This document shows, piece by piece, positions 1-10,049 of a DNA stretch of 64,000 nucleotides. Below the pieces are notes generated by a model that saw nothing but the letters and a program-made list of their open reading frames with translations, had not been told where the DNA came from and did no database searches. The position numbers and the translations under genes are program-made. This DNA is from Phycisphaerae bacterium (lineage in GTDB: Bacteria; Planctomycetota; Phycisphaerae; UBA1845), in assembly GCA_963666835.2 (NCBI GenBank), contig CAXXGO010000006.1, positions 1,120,001-1,184,000 on the forward strand. The letters run 5' to 3'. Position 1 is the stretch's first letter. Every line of letters begins with the position of its first letter.

Positions 1-824
1 AGGATCGCGTCGATTTGAGGCTTGGCCGTCTATGTGCGGTGAAGGACCTCATCGACCGAAACATGGTAGCGGGGGACGAGGACTCGCAGTTCATGAATGC
101 CTCGCTGGTCTACAACCCCACCATTCCGCACAAAACCGGAATGGGAGTCTTCGTCCACGTGAAATTCACTGATTGGATTGGGTTTCGTACGCTCGTCGTT
201 GACCCGGAGTCCGTTGCGCGGCGCGTCGGCCTCGACACTGCCTTCCATGGATCCGACCGTGCCAGAGCGTTCGCTGAGTTGGATTTGACTCCGAAGTTCG
301 ATTCGGCCAACGGGAAGCTGCCGGGCAATTACCGCGTGGGCACGTGGTATCAGCCTCATCCGAAGGCCGTTTACCGTAATACGCTGGGCGGCCTATTGGC
401 CCCACGGTCTCGGTCGGGCGACATGGGCTTCTATATCGGCATCGACCAAATGATATGGAAGGAGACGGATGACGAGGGTGACAAGCAGGGAGTTTCGGTG
501 TTCGCACGCTACGGTTATGCCCACGGCGATGTGAACCGCTTCGACCATTTCTGGTCTTTCGGCGGCCAGTACACGGGACTGATCCCCGGACGTGACAAGG
601 ACACGCTGGGGCTCGGTTTCGCCCAGGGCATAATGTCGGGCCAGTATCACGATGAAATCGACGATGGCGCCGACCGTGAAACGGTTTATGAGTTGTACTA
701 TGCCTATCAAGTGACTCCATGGTGTGTAATCACCCCGGATTTGCAGTTTGTTACGAATCCCGGTGGTGACAATGACGGCCGAGACGCCTTCGTTGGTGGT
801 CTGCGGTTACGAGTTTCGTTCTAG
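1..824 (+). CDS. Carbohydrate-selective porin, OprB family (5' end truncated by window edge)
   Basis: Frame is open to the window edge. Beta-barrel pattern with OprB-like motifs (GLIPGRDKDTLGLG, ELYYAYQVTPW..ITPDLQFVTNPGG) and a C-terminal Phe. Confidence 0.85.
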   Translation, partial: DRVDLRLGRLCAVKDLIDRNMVAGDEDSQFMNASLVYNPTIPHKTGMGVFVHVKFTDWIGFRTLVVDPESVARRVGLDTAFHGSDRARAFAELDLTPKFDSANGKLPGNYRVGTWYQPHPKAVYRNTLGGLLAPRSRSGDMGFYIGIDQMIWKETDDEGDKQGVSVFARYGYAHGDVNRFDHFWSFGGQYTGLIPGRDKDTLGLGFAQGIMSGQYHDEIDDGADRETVYELYYAYQVTPWCVITPDLQFVTNPGGDNDGRDAFVGGLRLRVSF

Positions 825-852
825 TGGTGAGAGAGTTCCTAAGGGAGTTGTT

Positions 853-1062
853 ATGATGAACATGCGTAAGCTGCGAGGGCGGAAGGTTCGGCTGTTGACG
901 GCCATGGCTCTCGGGGGCGGGATGGCGTTCGCCTCGTGTAGCGCCGTGGATATACGGCATAACCTCGTTGCCGGCACTCAGAGTTTTGTGCAGGACTACA
1001 CGGCGGATTTGTGGGCAGCCCTCTTCCCGCCCGCCGATGAAATCGTGAACTTGGGCGACTAA
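853..1062 (+). CDS. Small secreted/lipoprotein-like hypothetical protein (69 aa)
   Basis: SD AAGGGAG upstream of ATG 853. Basic N-terminus, hydrophobic stretch, FAS-C lipobox-like site, followed by a terminator. Confidence 0.65.
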   Translation: MMNMRKLRGRKVRLLTAMALGGGMAFASCSAVDIRHNLVAGTQSFVQDYTADLWAALFPPADEIVNLGD

Positions 1063-1087
1063 AAGCCCATCCCGGATTAAGTACGTC

Positions 1088-1131
1088 CCGCCTCCGCAGG
1101 CCTCAGCCGCCTTGCGGAGGCGGTTCTTTTT
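1088..1131 (+). terminator. Rho-independent terminator
   Basis: CCGCCTCCGCAGGC...GCCTTGCGGAGGCGG stem followed by TTCTTTTT. Confidence 0.75.
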
Positions 1132-1379
1132 AGGCCGACCGTCTTGCGGCTGCTCCGGAAGCGAGTTTGGCGGGTTTGAGGTGGCCGATGGTCAGCCGGC
1201 GTGTCGCATGATAGGATGTCCCAGCACTTGCGGCGCGGACCCTTGAGGCGAGACGGCTCGCGCGATGGTTCGATGGCTGAGGGTTCGGGACTCAATACTC
1301 CGGTTACTATGTTGGGAGGAGTCAGCCGTCCTTGGAGCAGTGTGTGATGCTGCTGTGCAGCGGTGAGGGCTAAGGCACC

Positions 1380-2477
1380 ATGTTGCGACAACTGACAATC
1401 GACGGTTTCCGCGGGTTTGAGCACTTCGAGATGTGCGATCTCGGGCGTGTCAATCTTCTTGTTGGGATGAACAACAGCGGGAAGACTTCGGTCCTGGAAG
1501 CGATACAGATCCTCACGACCGGGCACGTACGTTCCATCTGGGGTGCGCTGTTACGACGAGGCGAACGGTTGGTTGATGAATCGGACCGCGGGCCTAGGAG
1601 CTTTGTTGATCTATGCCACCTCTTCCACGGGCACGTCATGGACGTTGGCAGCGAGTTTCGGCTGAGCGGAGTCAATGACTCAACAAAGGGGACCCTGACC
1701 GCCACGATCCGGCAGGCGACGCCTGATGATGACCAGCAGGCTCTTTTCGAAGAAGACGATGACTACGTTGGTTCACTCGGGCTTACCCTGAAGGGCGAGG
1801 GATTCGTCGGTACGGATGAGAACTACTTGATTAGCAGTAAAGGTGGTCTGTCGTCCGACGTGGCGCGGAGAATCCGCAGTATCCAGGATGACGCGAAGCC
1901 GAGTACGTGGTTCATTGCCACTGCGTCTATGTTGCCGGATGAGGTGGTTTCCCTGTATGAGAGTATTGTCCTGAAACCTGAAGAGGATCTCGTCACACAG
2001 GCTCTCAAGACCGTCGAACCGACGATCGACCGAGTTGCGACGACGAGCAAGGAACCCCGCTACCACCGCTCGGGAGGGAGGGGTGGCATCGTCGTCAAAT
2101 GCGCGGGCGTCGACCAGCGCATTCCGATTGGCAGCTTGGGTGACGGGATCTGGCGGATACTCGGAGTGGCTCTTGCGCTTGTGCACGCAGAGAACGGCGT
2201 GTTGCTGATCGATGAGATTGACACCGGCCTGCATTTCACGGTCATGTCCGACATGTGGAAGTTGGTCAGCGAAACCGCCAAACGGCTCAACGTGCAGGTG
2301 TTTGCGACCACGCACAGTCGCGACGCGGTCGATAGCCTGGCCGCGATTTCACGACCCGAGGTCGATAGCGACAGCGATGTGACGATTCAGAGACTCGAGC
2401 GCGATAAGTGCCGCGCCGTCGCCTACAGCGAGCAGGAGATTGTTGTAGCGGCCGAGCGCGGAACCGAGGTGCGCTAG
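1380..2477 (+). CDS. ABC/AAA-type ATPase (AAA_15/AAA_21-like)
   Basis: N-terminal IDGFRGF, Walker A GMNNSGKT, signature-like SLGDG, Walker B LLIDEIDTGLH, H-loop TTHS. Confidence 0.85.
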   Translation: MLRQLTIDGFRGFEHFEMCDLGRVNLLVGMNNSGKTSVLEAIQILTTGHVRSIWGALLRRGERLVDESDRGPRSFVDLCHLFHGHVMDVGSEFRLSGVNDSTKGTLTATIRQATPDDDQQALFEEDDDYVGSLGLTLKGEGFVGTDENYLISSKGGLSSDVARRIRSIQDDAKPSTWFIATASMLPDEVVSLYESIVLKPEEDLVTQALKTVEPTIDRVATTSKEPRYHRSGGRGGIVVKCAGVDQRIPIGSLGDGIWRILGVALALVHAENGVLLIDEIDTGLHFTVMSDMWKLVSETAKRLNVQVFATTHSRDAVDSLAAISRPEVDSDSDVTIQRLERDKCRAVAYSEQEIVVAAERGTEVR

Positions 2478-2479
2478 GC

Positions 2480-3196
2480 ATGGCGAGACGACCTCACCCC
2501 AAGAAACTCCTCGTGGAAGGCGATGAAGACAAGCGAGTCGTCCCCGAGTTGATCGAAGCCCATGGGATTCCCTGGGGAGAGAATAGCGACGAATGGATCG
2601 TCGAGATCAGCCAGTGTGATGGCTTTGAGAATGTGGTCAAGCCGGGGGCGATTGAAACTGAGCTCAAAGTCAGCGGTCGGGAGGCGTTGGGTATCATAGC
2701 CGACGCGAACAGTGATGCGGAGCGAAGGTGGGAGTCCGTACGCAATCGCTGCTTACGGAGTTTCCCGGACCTCCCCAAGGACTTGCCTGCCGGCGGTTTG
2801 ATCCACGAGAACGCTGAGGGACTGAAGCTCGGCGTGTGGCTGATGCCGGACAACCAATCACGCGGCATGATGGAGACGTTTCTGACGTATCTCGTGCCCG
2901 ACCATGGTGACGTGCTTCTGGGCCATGCGGAATCCGCCTGCGACGGAGCCCGAGCCCTCGGAGCCCCGTCCTCTTGTCTTTGCCGCACGGTCCGAACCTT
3001 CGCGGGTTGTTCAATGGCACTCCCGCTGGACGTGGGGGAGCCGATTAGCAGCGGTCGACAATCGCGGCAGGTCTCGTACCTCGACCATGCCCTACGGACT
3101 CGTAGCGCAGGCATCCCGCCTGCAGTGCGACGTACGGCATTTCAGCAGCCATTGCGGCAGGTCTCGTACCTCGACCGTGCCCTACGAGCCTCGTAG
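2480..3196 (+). pseudogene. DUF3226-like (TOPRIM-like) partner of the ATPase, apparently 3'-truncated with read-through into repeats
   Basis: Starts 2 nt after the ATPase stop. Motifs LLVEGDEDK, LGIIADAN, GVWLMPDNQSRGMMETFL. After ~2965 (ALGAP) the sequence loses protein-like character and runs into the REP array. Confidence 0.6.
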
Positions 3197-3282
3197 CGCA
3201 GGCATCCTGCCTGCAGTGCGACGCACGGCATTTCAGCAGCCATTGCGGCAGGTCTCGTACCTCGACCATGCCCTACGAGCTC
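3064..3282. repeat. Tandem ~90-91 bp BIME-like array of GTAG-type REP elements (about 2.4 units)
   Basis: GCGGCAGGTCTCGTACCTCGACCRTGCCCTAC at 3064, 3154 and 3245, alternating with GTAGCGCAGGCATCCYGCCTGC palindromes. Confidence 0.85.
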
Positions 3283-3357
3283 ATAACCACACGTATGAGG
3301 GTGAGCAGATTGGTCCACGGAGCAGATCCTACCGGCTGAACCTCGATTGCATCGCCC

Positions 3358-6039
3358 TTACGACCCCACCTCCAACAGGTGCGCGAGCGAACCGGCCAGG
3401 TTGTCTACGGCGGCGGCGTCGGGCAGGGTCACGGTCAGCTTCAGGCGGCCTTCGTCATCGCGCTCTACGCATTCGACCAGGCGCTTCTTGAGGGTCTCGG
3501 CGAGCTGCTTCGACTGTTCCGACTCGCCGCGCGGAGGCAACAACTGTTCAACGAACGAGAACGCGGCGCCAAGGAGCTGCCCACCGGCTAAGGCGACCTG
3601 CTCACGCCGGGTGAGGTTCGCGGCCAGCATCTCCTGTCTGCTCTTCTCACTCTCGTCGACCGGCGCGTCGGGCTTGGCCCCGAGCAGGACCTCGAGCCGA
3701 CCTTTGAGCTCTTCCGCGCCGCTGACCAGGTCGACGGCGTCGACATCCGAATCGGCGTCCAACGCGGCCATGGCGAGTTCATGCTTTGCCGACAGGGTCG
3801 TGAGCAGACCTTCTTCGATTGTCTCTTCGGTAACCAGGATGAAGACTTGGACGGGCTGCTTTTGGCCCATCCGGTGGGCGCGAGCGATGCGCTGCTCCAG
3901 CACGGCCGGGTTCCAGGGAAGGTCGACGTTGATTACCGTGTTGGCGGCCTGGAGGTTCAAGCCGGTTGCCCCGGCGTTGGTGGTGACGAACAGTCGGCAG
4001 TTGGGGTCTTTCTGGAACTGCCGAACGAGCGGCTGGCGTTGTTTCTGCGGAATCGAGCCGTCGAGGCGGACGTAGTCCATGCCGTGCTTTTTGAGCAGCT
4101 TCTCGATCAGCCCGAGCATTGTCGTCCATTCGGAGAACAGGACGATTTTGCGATTCTCTTCGGCCGATAGCGTTCCGAGCAGTTCGTCAAGCGTCTCCAG
4201 TTTGCTGGAGTACGCCGGGGTCTGTTTGTCCACCAGAAAGGTGCTATCAGCGGCCATGCGGCACATGAGCAGGGCTTTGCGAAGGCGCAAAAGGTCCATC
4301 TCGTTGATGTACGGCTTCCCAACGATCGAGCTGACAATACGCAGATTGGCGCCGTGGAGTCCCGCCTGTTCGTCCGTCGGGGCGATTCGGACCACCTCCG
4401 TCGACCGCGGCGGCAGGTCGCGCATTACGGAACTTCGCGTGCGGCGCAAGAGGATCGGCGCGAGTCGCTTGCGCAGCGTTGCGAGGTTCTTGTACCCGAG
4501 GACGCCGCCCTTCTCGTCCACGACTCGGTGCCGGTTGAAGAAGCGGAAGGCCGGACCGAGCCGCCGATCATCGATGAACTCCACCACGGAGAACAGATCG
4601 TCAATCCGGTTCTCGAGCGGCGTGCCCGAAAGCACCAGAGCGAACGGGGACCGCAGGCCCTTGATGATGCGGCTGGTCTTCGCTTCCCAGTTCTTGATGC
4701 GCTGACCTTCGTCCAGGATGATCAGATCCCACGGCACTTTCTCGATGGCGAGGATGTCCCGAAGCACCTGCTCGTAGTTGCAGACCGTGAAGAAGCAGCC
4801 GTTGTCGTACTGGCCGGCCCGTTCGGCGGCGCTGCCCAACACCAGTTGGCAGTCGCGCTCCGAAAATCGCTCAATCTCGCTGCGCCACTGCGATTTCAGG
4901 GTGGCCGGGCAGACGACCAACACCCGCCTGATCCCCGCCTCCCGTTTCAGAAGTTCGGCGACTCCGATGCCTTGGATGGTCTTGCCCAACCCCATATCGT
5001 CGGCGAGGACGGTGCGACCCGCTCCGACGGCAAACGCGATGCCGTCCAATTGGTAGGGCAACAGATCGACCTTCAGAAGCTCTTTGCGCAGCGGATGGCG
5101 CTTGGGGTCCTTACGAATCTCGGTTACGGTAGATTCGATACGATGCAGGAACAACTTTCGGTCAATGTACTCCGCCGCATCGGGATAGACCGTTACGCTG
5201 TGGTCCAGCTTCTCCAGCTTTTCGAGGCGTCGCACGAGATCGAGGACGTCGTAAATGGCGCGGTCCCTCAACGGTTGCACAATTTGCTCGACGGGGTCGT
5301 CGAGCCGGTTGGGGAGCAACAGGCGCAGCTCAAGTTCCTTCCCATACTTCAGGTGTACGGCGATATCTTTCTGGACGTACTTCCGCCTTTGCACCGATGC
5401 GGGGAACCGCCGCTTCGCTCTGTTTTGAACGGCGAGAATGTGTTTGCACGTGCCCACGGTGTTCTTGCGAAAATCGGGGCACGAACAGTATGAATCGCCG
5501 GGCTCCCAACCGCGCAAGGCCACTCGATAGGTCTTTCCGGACTCGGCGTTCGTGACGAGATAGTCCGCCCACAATCTCCTCGGGTTTGTGGAGCGGACGG
5601 TCATGCGCTCCGTACGCGCCCGCTCCTTTCGTTCGGCAATCGCCCGCTCGATGAGCTGTTCTTCGCTGAGACTCTCGACCGGTACGCGCTCGGGGGGCGG
5701 GGCGGCGAGACCCAACGCCATCTTCTCCTCGAGGATCAGAGAAAGGGCGGCGCCGACGTGTACGCATGCCCCGTCACATTGTGTGCAGTTCCAGCGCATG
5801 CGTTGGTCGGCCTCCGCCATCAAGGTGATGGTAACCACGGTTCCGTTGAGGCGCATGCGGAACAGGTCGTCACCGAGATGCACGTCGCTGGAAATATCCA
5901 CCTCATACGCTCCGCCGTGGCGGATGAGCTGTTCTGCATCCGCCCCGAGCAGTCGGCAGGCCTGACGATATGTCAGACGCGATAGGCGATCCTTGAGCGT
6001 TAGAATCCGACCCGTATTCTTCTTGACAGCGGTTGCCAC
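3358..6039 (-). CDS. SNF2-family helicase/ATPase with N-terminal SWIM zinc fingers
   Basis: CTQCDGACVH and CSCPDF...CKH zinc fingers; LADDMGLGKT, LILDEGQRIKN, LSGTPLEN, GLNLQ, WNPAVLEQRIARAHRMGQ. Confidence 0.92.
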   Translation of the reverse strand: MATAVKKNTGRILTLKDRLSRLTYRQACRLLGADAEQLIRHGGAYEVDISSDVHLGDDLFRMRLNGTVVTITLMAEADQRMRWNCTQCDGACVHVGAALSLILEEKMALGLAAPPPERVPVESLSEEQLIERAIAERKERARTERMTVRSTNPRRLWADYLVTNAESGKTYRVALRGWEPGDSYCSCPDFRKNTVGTCKHILAVQNRAKRRFPASVQRRKYVQKDIAVHLKYGKELELRLLLPNRLDDPVEQIVQPLRDRAIYDVLDLVRRLEKLEKLDHSVTVYPDAAEYIDRKLFLHRIESTVTEIRKDPKRHPLRKELLKVDLLPYQLDGIAFAVGAGRTVLADDMGLGKTIQGIGVAELLKREAGIRRVLVVCPATLKSQWRSEIERFSERDCQLVLGSAAERAGQYDNGCFFTVCNYEQVLRDILAIEKVPWDLIILDEGQRIKNWEAKTSRIIKGLRSPFALVLSGTPLENRIDDLFSVVEFIDDRRLGPAFRFFNRHRVVDEKGGVLGYKNLATLRKRLAPILLRRTRSSVMRDLPPRSTEVVRIAPTDEQAGLHGANLRIVSSIVGKPYINEMDLLRLRKALLMCRMAADSTFLVDKQTPAYSSKLETLDELLGTLSAEENRKIVLFSEWTTMLGLIEKLLKKHGMDYVRLDGSIPQKQRQPLVRQFQKDPNCRLFVTTNAGATGLNLQAANTVINVDLPWNPAVLEQRIARAHRMGQKQPVQVFILVTEETIEEGLLTTLSAKHELAMAALDADSDVDAVDLVSGAEELKGRLEVLLGAKPDAPVDESEKSRQEMLAANLTRREQVALAGGQLLGAAFSFVEQLLPPRGESEQSKQLAETLKKRLVECVERDDEGRLKLTVTLPDAAAVDNLAGSLAHLLEVGS

Positions 6040-6338
6040 GTCTCCCTCCTTGATGGTCGATCAGCGATAGAATTCCCGGGGCGGCGCCCCGCGCCGAGCA
6101 GCCCCGAGCCGACAATACTGTTCAACCGTCCCGGCCGAGTGGGTCAAAGAACCCGCGGGTACGCCGTTTCCTCGGCCCCGCGGTCCTTCCGTTCATGTTC
6201 GTGCCGATTATCACTACGTTGAAGGGTTTTGCCACCGTGCCCCTGTCCCGTACTGCTCACGAGCAGCAGCGCACCCGAAGACCCACGTGTAATGCAGCCC
6301 CGGTTAATCACGCAAGAACTCACAGGGCGGGGAGTGTC

Positions 6339-8300
6339 TTAAGCATCTTGCCCGGTTGTCTGCCGCACGAAATCCAGCACTTCCTGAAACGGTACGGATT
6401 GGAATACGCCGAACATGCCATGCCCGCGTAGTTTGGCACGTGTGGTGGCCGGGGACGCGATGCCGCAAAGAAACCGGGCAAGCTGGCGAGGTGTGGCGAG
6501 AGCCTGGTGGCCTTCCGCGCAGAGGTTCTTCAACGAGCCGATCTCCGCCTCGCCGGGGCCGGTGTATTGTGCGGGAGGCAGCGGCTGAGCGGGACTACCT
6601 TCGCAACGGGCGCAATGCCCACAATCGTCGCGCGTCTCGCCGAAGTAGTCCAGGAGATGTCTGGTCAGGCAGCCGTCGTGTGAAGCCCATCGGAGCATGC
6701 GGCGGGTGCGCGCGATGTCGAGTTCCTCCCGTCGAACGAAGCGCGCGCTGAGATTCTCGGCCAAACTCGCGAGGTCACATGACGGCTGCAGGTTGCGGTA
6801 GCCTTGGCGCAGACCCGAGGCCTGAACTACCAGATCGCCTTTTTCTTCCAGATAGCCAAGCGCTTTCATGATGCGGTCTCTGGTTTCGCCGATTGATTGG
6901 CTCACTTGCTCGATGTTCAGAGTGAACCACGTACGACCCTTGCGTGCCTGGCGGAAGATGCTGCGCAGGAAATCGGCGCGGTGCGGGTCGAACGGAGCGA
7001 GTATCTCCTGCGACGACTTCTGAGGCTGGAACTTGAGTTCCGAGTAGAACGGGCCGGTCGACCGGGTGACGTTCTCCAACTCCAGGTAAGCCAGTAACGT
7101 CTGAACGACCAGTGGGCGCACGTCGTGTTTCGACGATAACTCGTAAACCGAAATGTCGAAAACCTCACCGCGCCCCAATAGCTCCGTGACTATTGCTGTC
7201 ACGGCCTCGGGCGTGGGTGTGTCGCCGTACGAGAAGTTCTCGAGCGTTACGACGTCGTCGGCACAGGCTAACAGCTCGCAGGTCGACTCTCCGCCGTCGC
7301 GCCCGGCCCGACCGATTTCCTGCATGTAACTCTCCAACCCTTTCGGCAGGTTGTAGTGGTAGATATACCGGATGTCGGCCTTGTCTACGCCCATACCAAA
7401 CGCGATTGTCGCTACGACGATCATGCGCTTGGATGCCATGAACGCGTCCTGGATCGCGTTACGATTTTCGGTGTCCATGCCGACGTGATAGGCGCGGGCG
7501 TCGAAGCCGAGACCGGACAGGAGATCTGCAACTTCCTCGGCAGTGCGTTGGAGTGTTACATACACGATCGCCGGGCCTAAGGCACGCTCGCGCAGGCGGG
7601 AAAGGAGCAGGTTAGGGCGTTCCGCGGCCGTACACGGTGATACCCGGAGCCTGAGGTTGGGGCGATAGAAGCCGGTATGAACCACGTCCTCCTCTTCGAT
7701 CGCGAATGCCTCAGCGATGTCGCGCGCCACCTCGACAGTGGCGGTGGCGGTAAGGGCGAGGACACGCCCGACATTCAACTGCTTTGCCAGGCGGGCGATC
7801 TTCAGATAGTCGGGGCGGAAGTTATGACCCCACTCGCTGATGCAATGGGCCTCGTCGATGGCCAGAAGTGAGATCTTCCGGCGCCCCAGCGAGTGCAGAA
7901 ACCGTTCGTTGCCGAGTCGCTCGGGAGAGATATACAACAGTCGAAGTGAGCCGGAGTTAAGAGCATCGTAGACCTCGAGGATCTCTTGACGCTCAAGGCT
8001 CGAGTCCAGTCGAGCCGCCGGCACATCATGCGATACCAGGAAGTCCACCTGGTCTTTCATCAGTGCAATAAGCGGCGAGATTACGACGGTGAGCCCGTCC
8101 AGAAGCAAGGCCGGCAGCTCGTAGCACAGGCTCTTTCCGCCGCCGGTTGGGAAAATTGAGAGGACGTTCTTGCCTGCGAGCAGCCGGGTAATGACAGACT
8201 CTTGGCCCTCGCGAAACTCGTCGAAGCCGAATATGCGCTGCAGTGTCTCCCGCGCGCTGGGCGGCGGTGCTTCGTTCGTTTGCTGATCGAGTGTTTGCAT
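6339..8300 (-). CDS. recQ: RecQ-family ATP-dependent DNA helicase
   Basis: PTGGGKSLCY, IDEAHCISEWGHNFRPDY, ATIAFGMGVDK, QEIGRAGRDG, Zn-binding C...CGHCARC. Confidence 0.92.
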   Translation of the reverse strand: MQTLDQQTNEAPPPSARETLQRIFGFDEFREGQESVITRLLAGKNVLSIFPTGGGKSLCYELPALLLDGLTVVISPLIALMKDQVDFLVSHDVPAARLDSSLERQEILEVYDALNSGSLRLLYISPERLGNERFLHSLGRRKISLLAIDEAHCISEWGHNFRPDYLKIARLAKQLNVGRVLALTATATVEVARDIAEAFAIEEEDVVHTGFYRPNLRLRVSPCTAAERPNLLLSRLRERALGPAIVYVTLQRTAEEVADLLSGLGFDARAYHVGMDTENRNAIQDAFMASKRMIVVATIAFGMGVDKADIRYIYHYNLPKGLESYMQEIGRAGRDGGESTCELLACADDVVTLENFSYGDTPTPEAVTAIVTELLGRGEVFDISVYELSSKHDVRPLVVQTLLAYLELENVTRSTGPFYSELKFQPQKSSQEILAPFDPHRADFLRSIFRQARKGRTWFTLNIEQVSQSIGETRDRIMKALGYLEEKGDLVVQASGLRQGYRNLQPSCDLASLAENLSARFVRREELDIARTRRMLRWASHDGCLTRHLLDYFGETRDDCGHCARCEGSPAQPLPPAQYTGPGEAEIGSLKNLCAEGHQALATPRQLARFLCGIASPATTRAKLRGHGMFGVFQSVPFQEVLDFVRQTTGQDA

Positions 8301-8458
8301 GTGACACCAATGAAGTGTTCCGGGATCCTCCGTAAGTCACAGATTCTCATGGTATGACAGCATAACGCTCTAGTGTATGTTTGTGCAACCACGCTAGGTA
8401 GGTTTGTCGGGTCACCCCGCCGAAACCCTATCCCCGCTGTACCGGGCGCGTCTCTCTT

Positions 8459-8908
8459 TCAGAACGGAATGTCATTCTCGTAGGATGAGTCCTCCGATGG
8501 CAGGTTCCGTTCGTACAGCTCGAAAAGAGGATACTCCGTCTCTTCCAAGAAGTCGGGGGGCGGCAAATGATCTTCTTGATGAGTATCATGTTGGGAAGGC
8601 GTGCCGGTGCTCGTATGTTCGTGAGTGGCCGGTGGATTGCCGCCTGCTGCAGGCCTTCCATCGCCGGTTTCCTCGGCTTTATTGCGTTGCTTCCGCTGCG
8701 TCTTGGCCAGGCGTTTTTCGTACAGATCGCGAATCCAAATATGCACCGGTGCCTTCCACCGCTCGGTCTTGCTGGGGATGTTCTTGATGAGCTTCCGTGG
8801 GTTCATCCCCAGCTCCTTGGCCATGCGCACCGTTTCCGCGTTGAGGCGACACTTGCGTTTGGCGTCGGCCCACTCCCGATCCCGGGTTGTCTTTTTCTTC
8901 TTTGCCAT
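8459..8908 (-). CDS. Conserved-looking small hypothetical protein (basic N-domain, acidic tail ending DIPF)
   Basis: MAKKK...WADAKRKCRLN.ETVRMAKELGMNPRKL...WKAPV..WIRDLYEKR; coherent composition. Confidence 0.7.
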   Translation of the reverse strand: MAKKKKTTRDREWADAKRKCRLNAETVRMAKELGMNPRKLIKNIPSKTERWKAPVHIWIRDLYEKRLAKTQRKQRNKAEETGDGRPAAGGNPPATHEHTSTGTPSQHDTHQEDHLPPPDFLEETEYPLFELYERNLPSEDSSYENDIPF

Positions 8909-9207
8909 GGTTGCCGATAGCATACCGGTGTGCTGCGGGGTTGGGCAACCACATCCGGCGGATCCTGCCGCTCGCGCTGCCTGTTTCGGGTGCCGTAAGT
9001 GAAACGCGCTGGATCGGCTCTCTTCCGAACGAGTGCTTCAGCACCTGTCCGTCCGCGATTGAGGCTTTGCCGGGCATTGCCGGCGCGTTACGATGTTGGC
9101 ATATAAGGGCCCGCGAGAGGATGACCGCCGTGGGATGGGCTTCGTTTTGTACTTACAGCTTGGCGTGGTCGGGAGTGCCCCAACGCCGCCGCCGGTGGAG
9201 TAGAAGA

Positions 9208-9738
9208 ATGCTCGGCAAATCGCGATTACTGATCGGTGTTGTCACCGTACTGCCGCTCCTGCTGACCGGCTGCAGGTCCGGTGGCAAGAAGCCTGTTACG
9301 CCTGTTGCTCCCGAGTCGTCTTCCGCGACGGCGGCGCCTGATTCCACCGATGGCGTGGAGGTGGTCGAGGAATACTGGCCCAGCGGTAAGCTCCGCCTGC
9401 GCAAGCACGTGCGGAACCTCGCCGGTGAACAACCCCCTTTACATGGCATGTACGAAAGCTGGTACAAGCACGGAGGGAGGGAGTATCAAGCCCGATACGT
9501 CGACGGCCGGAAACAGGGAGTGACGATTCTCTGGCACAAGAACGGAAAGAAGTGGATAGAAGAGAACTACGTGGACGGCCGTAAGGAAGGGGTCCGATAC
9601 GTCTGGGACGCTGCCGGTAACAAAGTGAAGGAAGAGCACTATGCCGCCGGTCGCCCCCACGGGGAGTGGACGGTCTGGAAGGGCAACGGCAAGATCAAGT
9701 GGCGTCAGACCTTCGACCACGGCAAACCCCGCCCTTGA
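9208..9738 (+). CDS. MORN-variant repeat (YwqK-like) lipoprotein
   Basis: Signal with LLLTG-C lipobox; repeats of the type HG.Y..WY..G, Y.DG.K.G....W. Confidence 0.8.
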   Translation: MLGKSRLLIGVVTVLPLLLTGCRSGGKKPVTPVAPESSSATAAPDSTDGVEVVEEYWPSGKLRLRKHVRNLAGEQPPLHGMYESWYKHGGREYQARYVDGRKQGVTILWHKNGKKWIEENYVDGRKEGVRYVWDAAGNKVKEEHYAAGRPHGEWTVWKGNGKIKWRQTFDHGKPRP

Positions 9739-10049
9739 CGCCTTTGCCGGACCGTCGTTTTGCATCTCCCTGGGAGGGGAATTGTATTTTTATGTATGGG
9801 GACCCTCCGCGCCGTGCAAGAAGGACTGGTGTGGCAATTGAATCTTGCGATTGCCGTTCCATCCTGGTAATATAACGCCGCTTGTAGTCCGGCCGAGACG
9901 GGTACGCTCACCGGGAGGGGAGTGGCCGGATATTTACAGGAAGAAGGCGAGGGTTTCCCGTTACACTCCGGCACGTTGCTGCGTGCCCGCTATCCGTCAC
10001 TGATCGATTTGTCCAGGTCCCTCTGGGACCGCCGGCCATCTGAGGGAGG

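Noticed and set aside
3064..3282. Possible CRISPR array
   Set aside because: The intervening sequences are near-identical rather than unique spacers, there are no cas genes, and the units are GTAG-type palindromes typical of REP/BIME.
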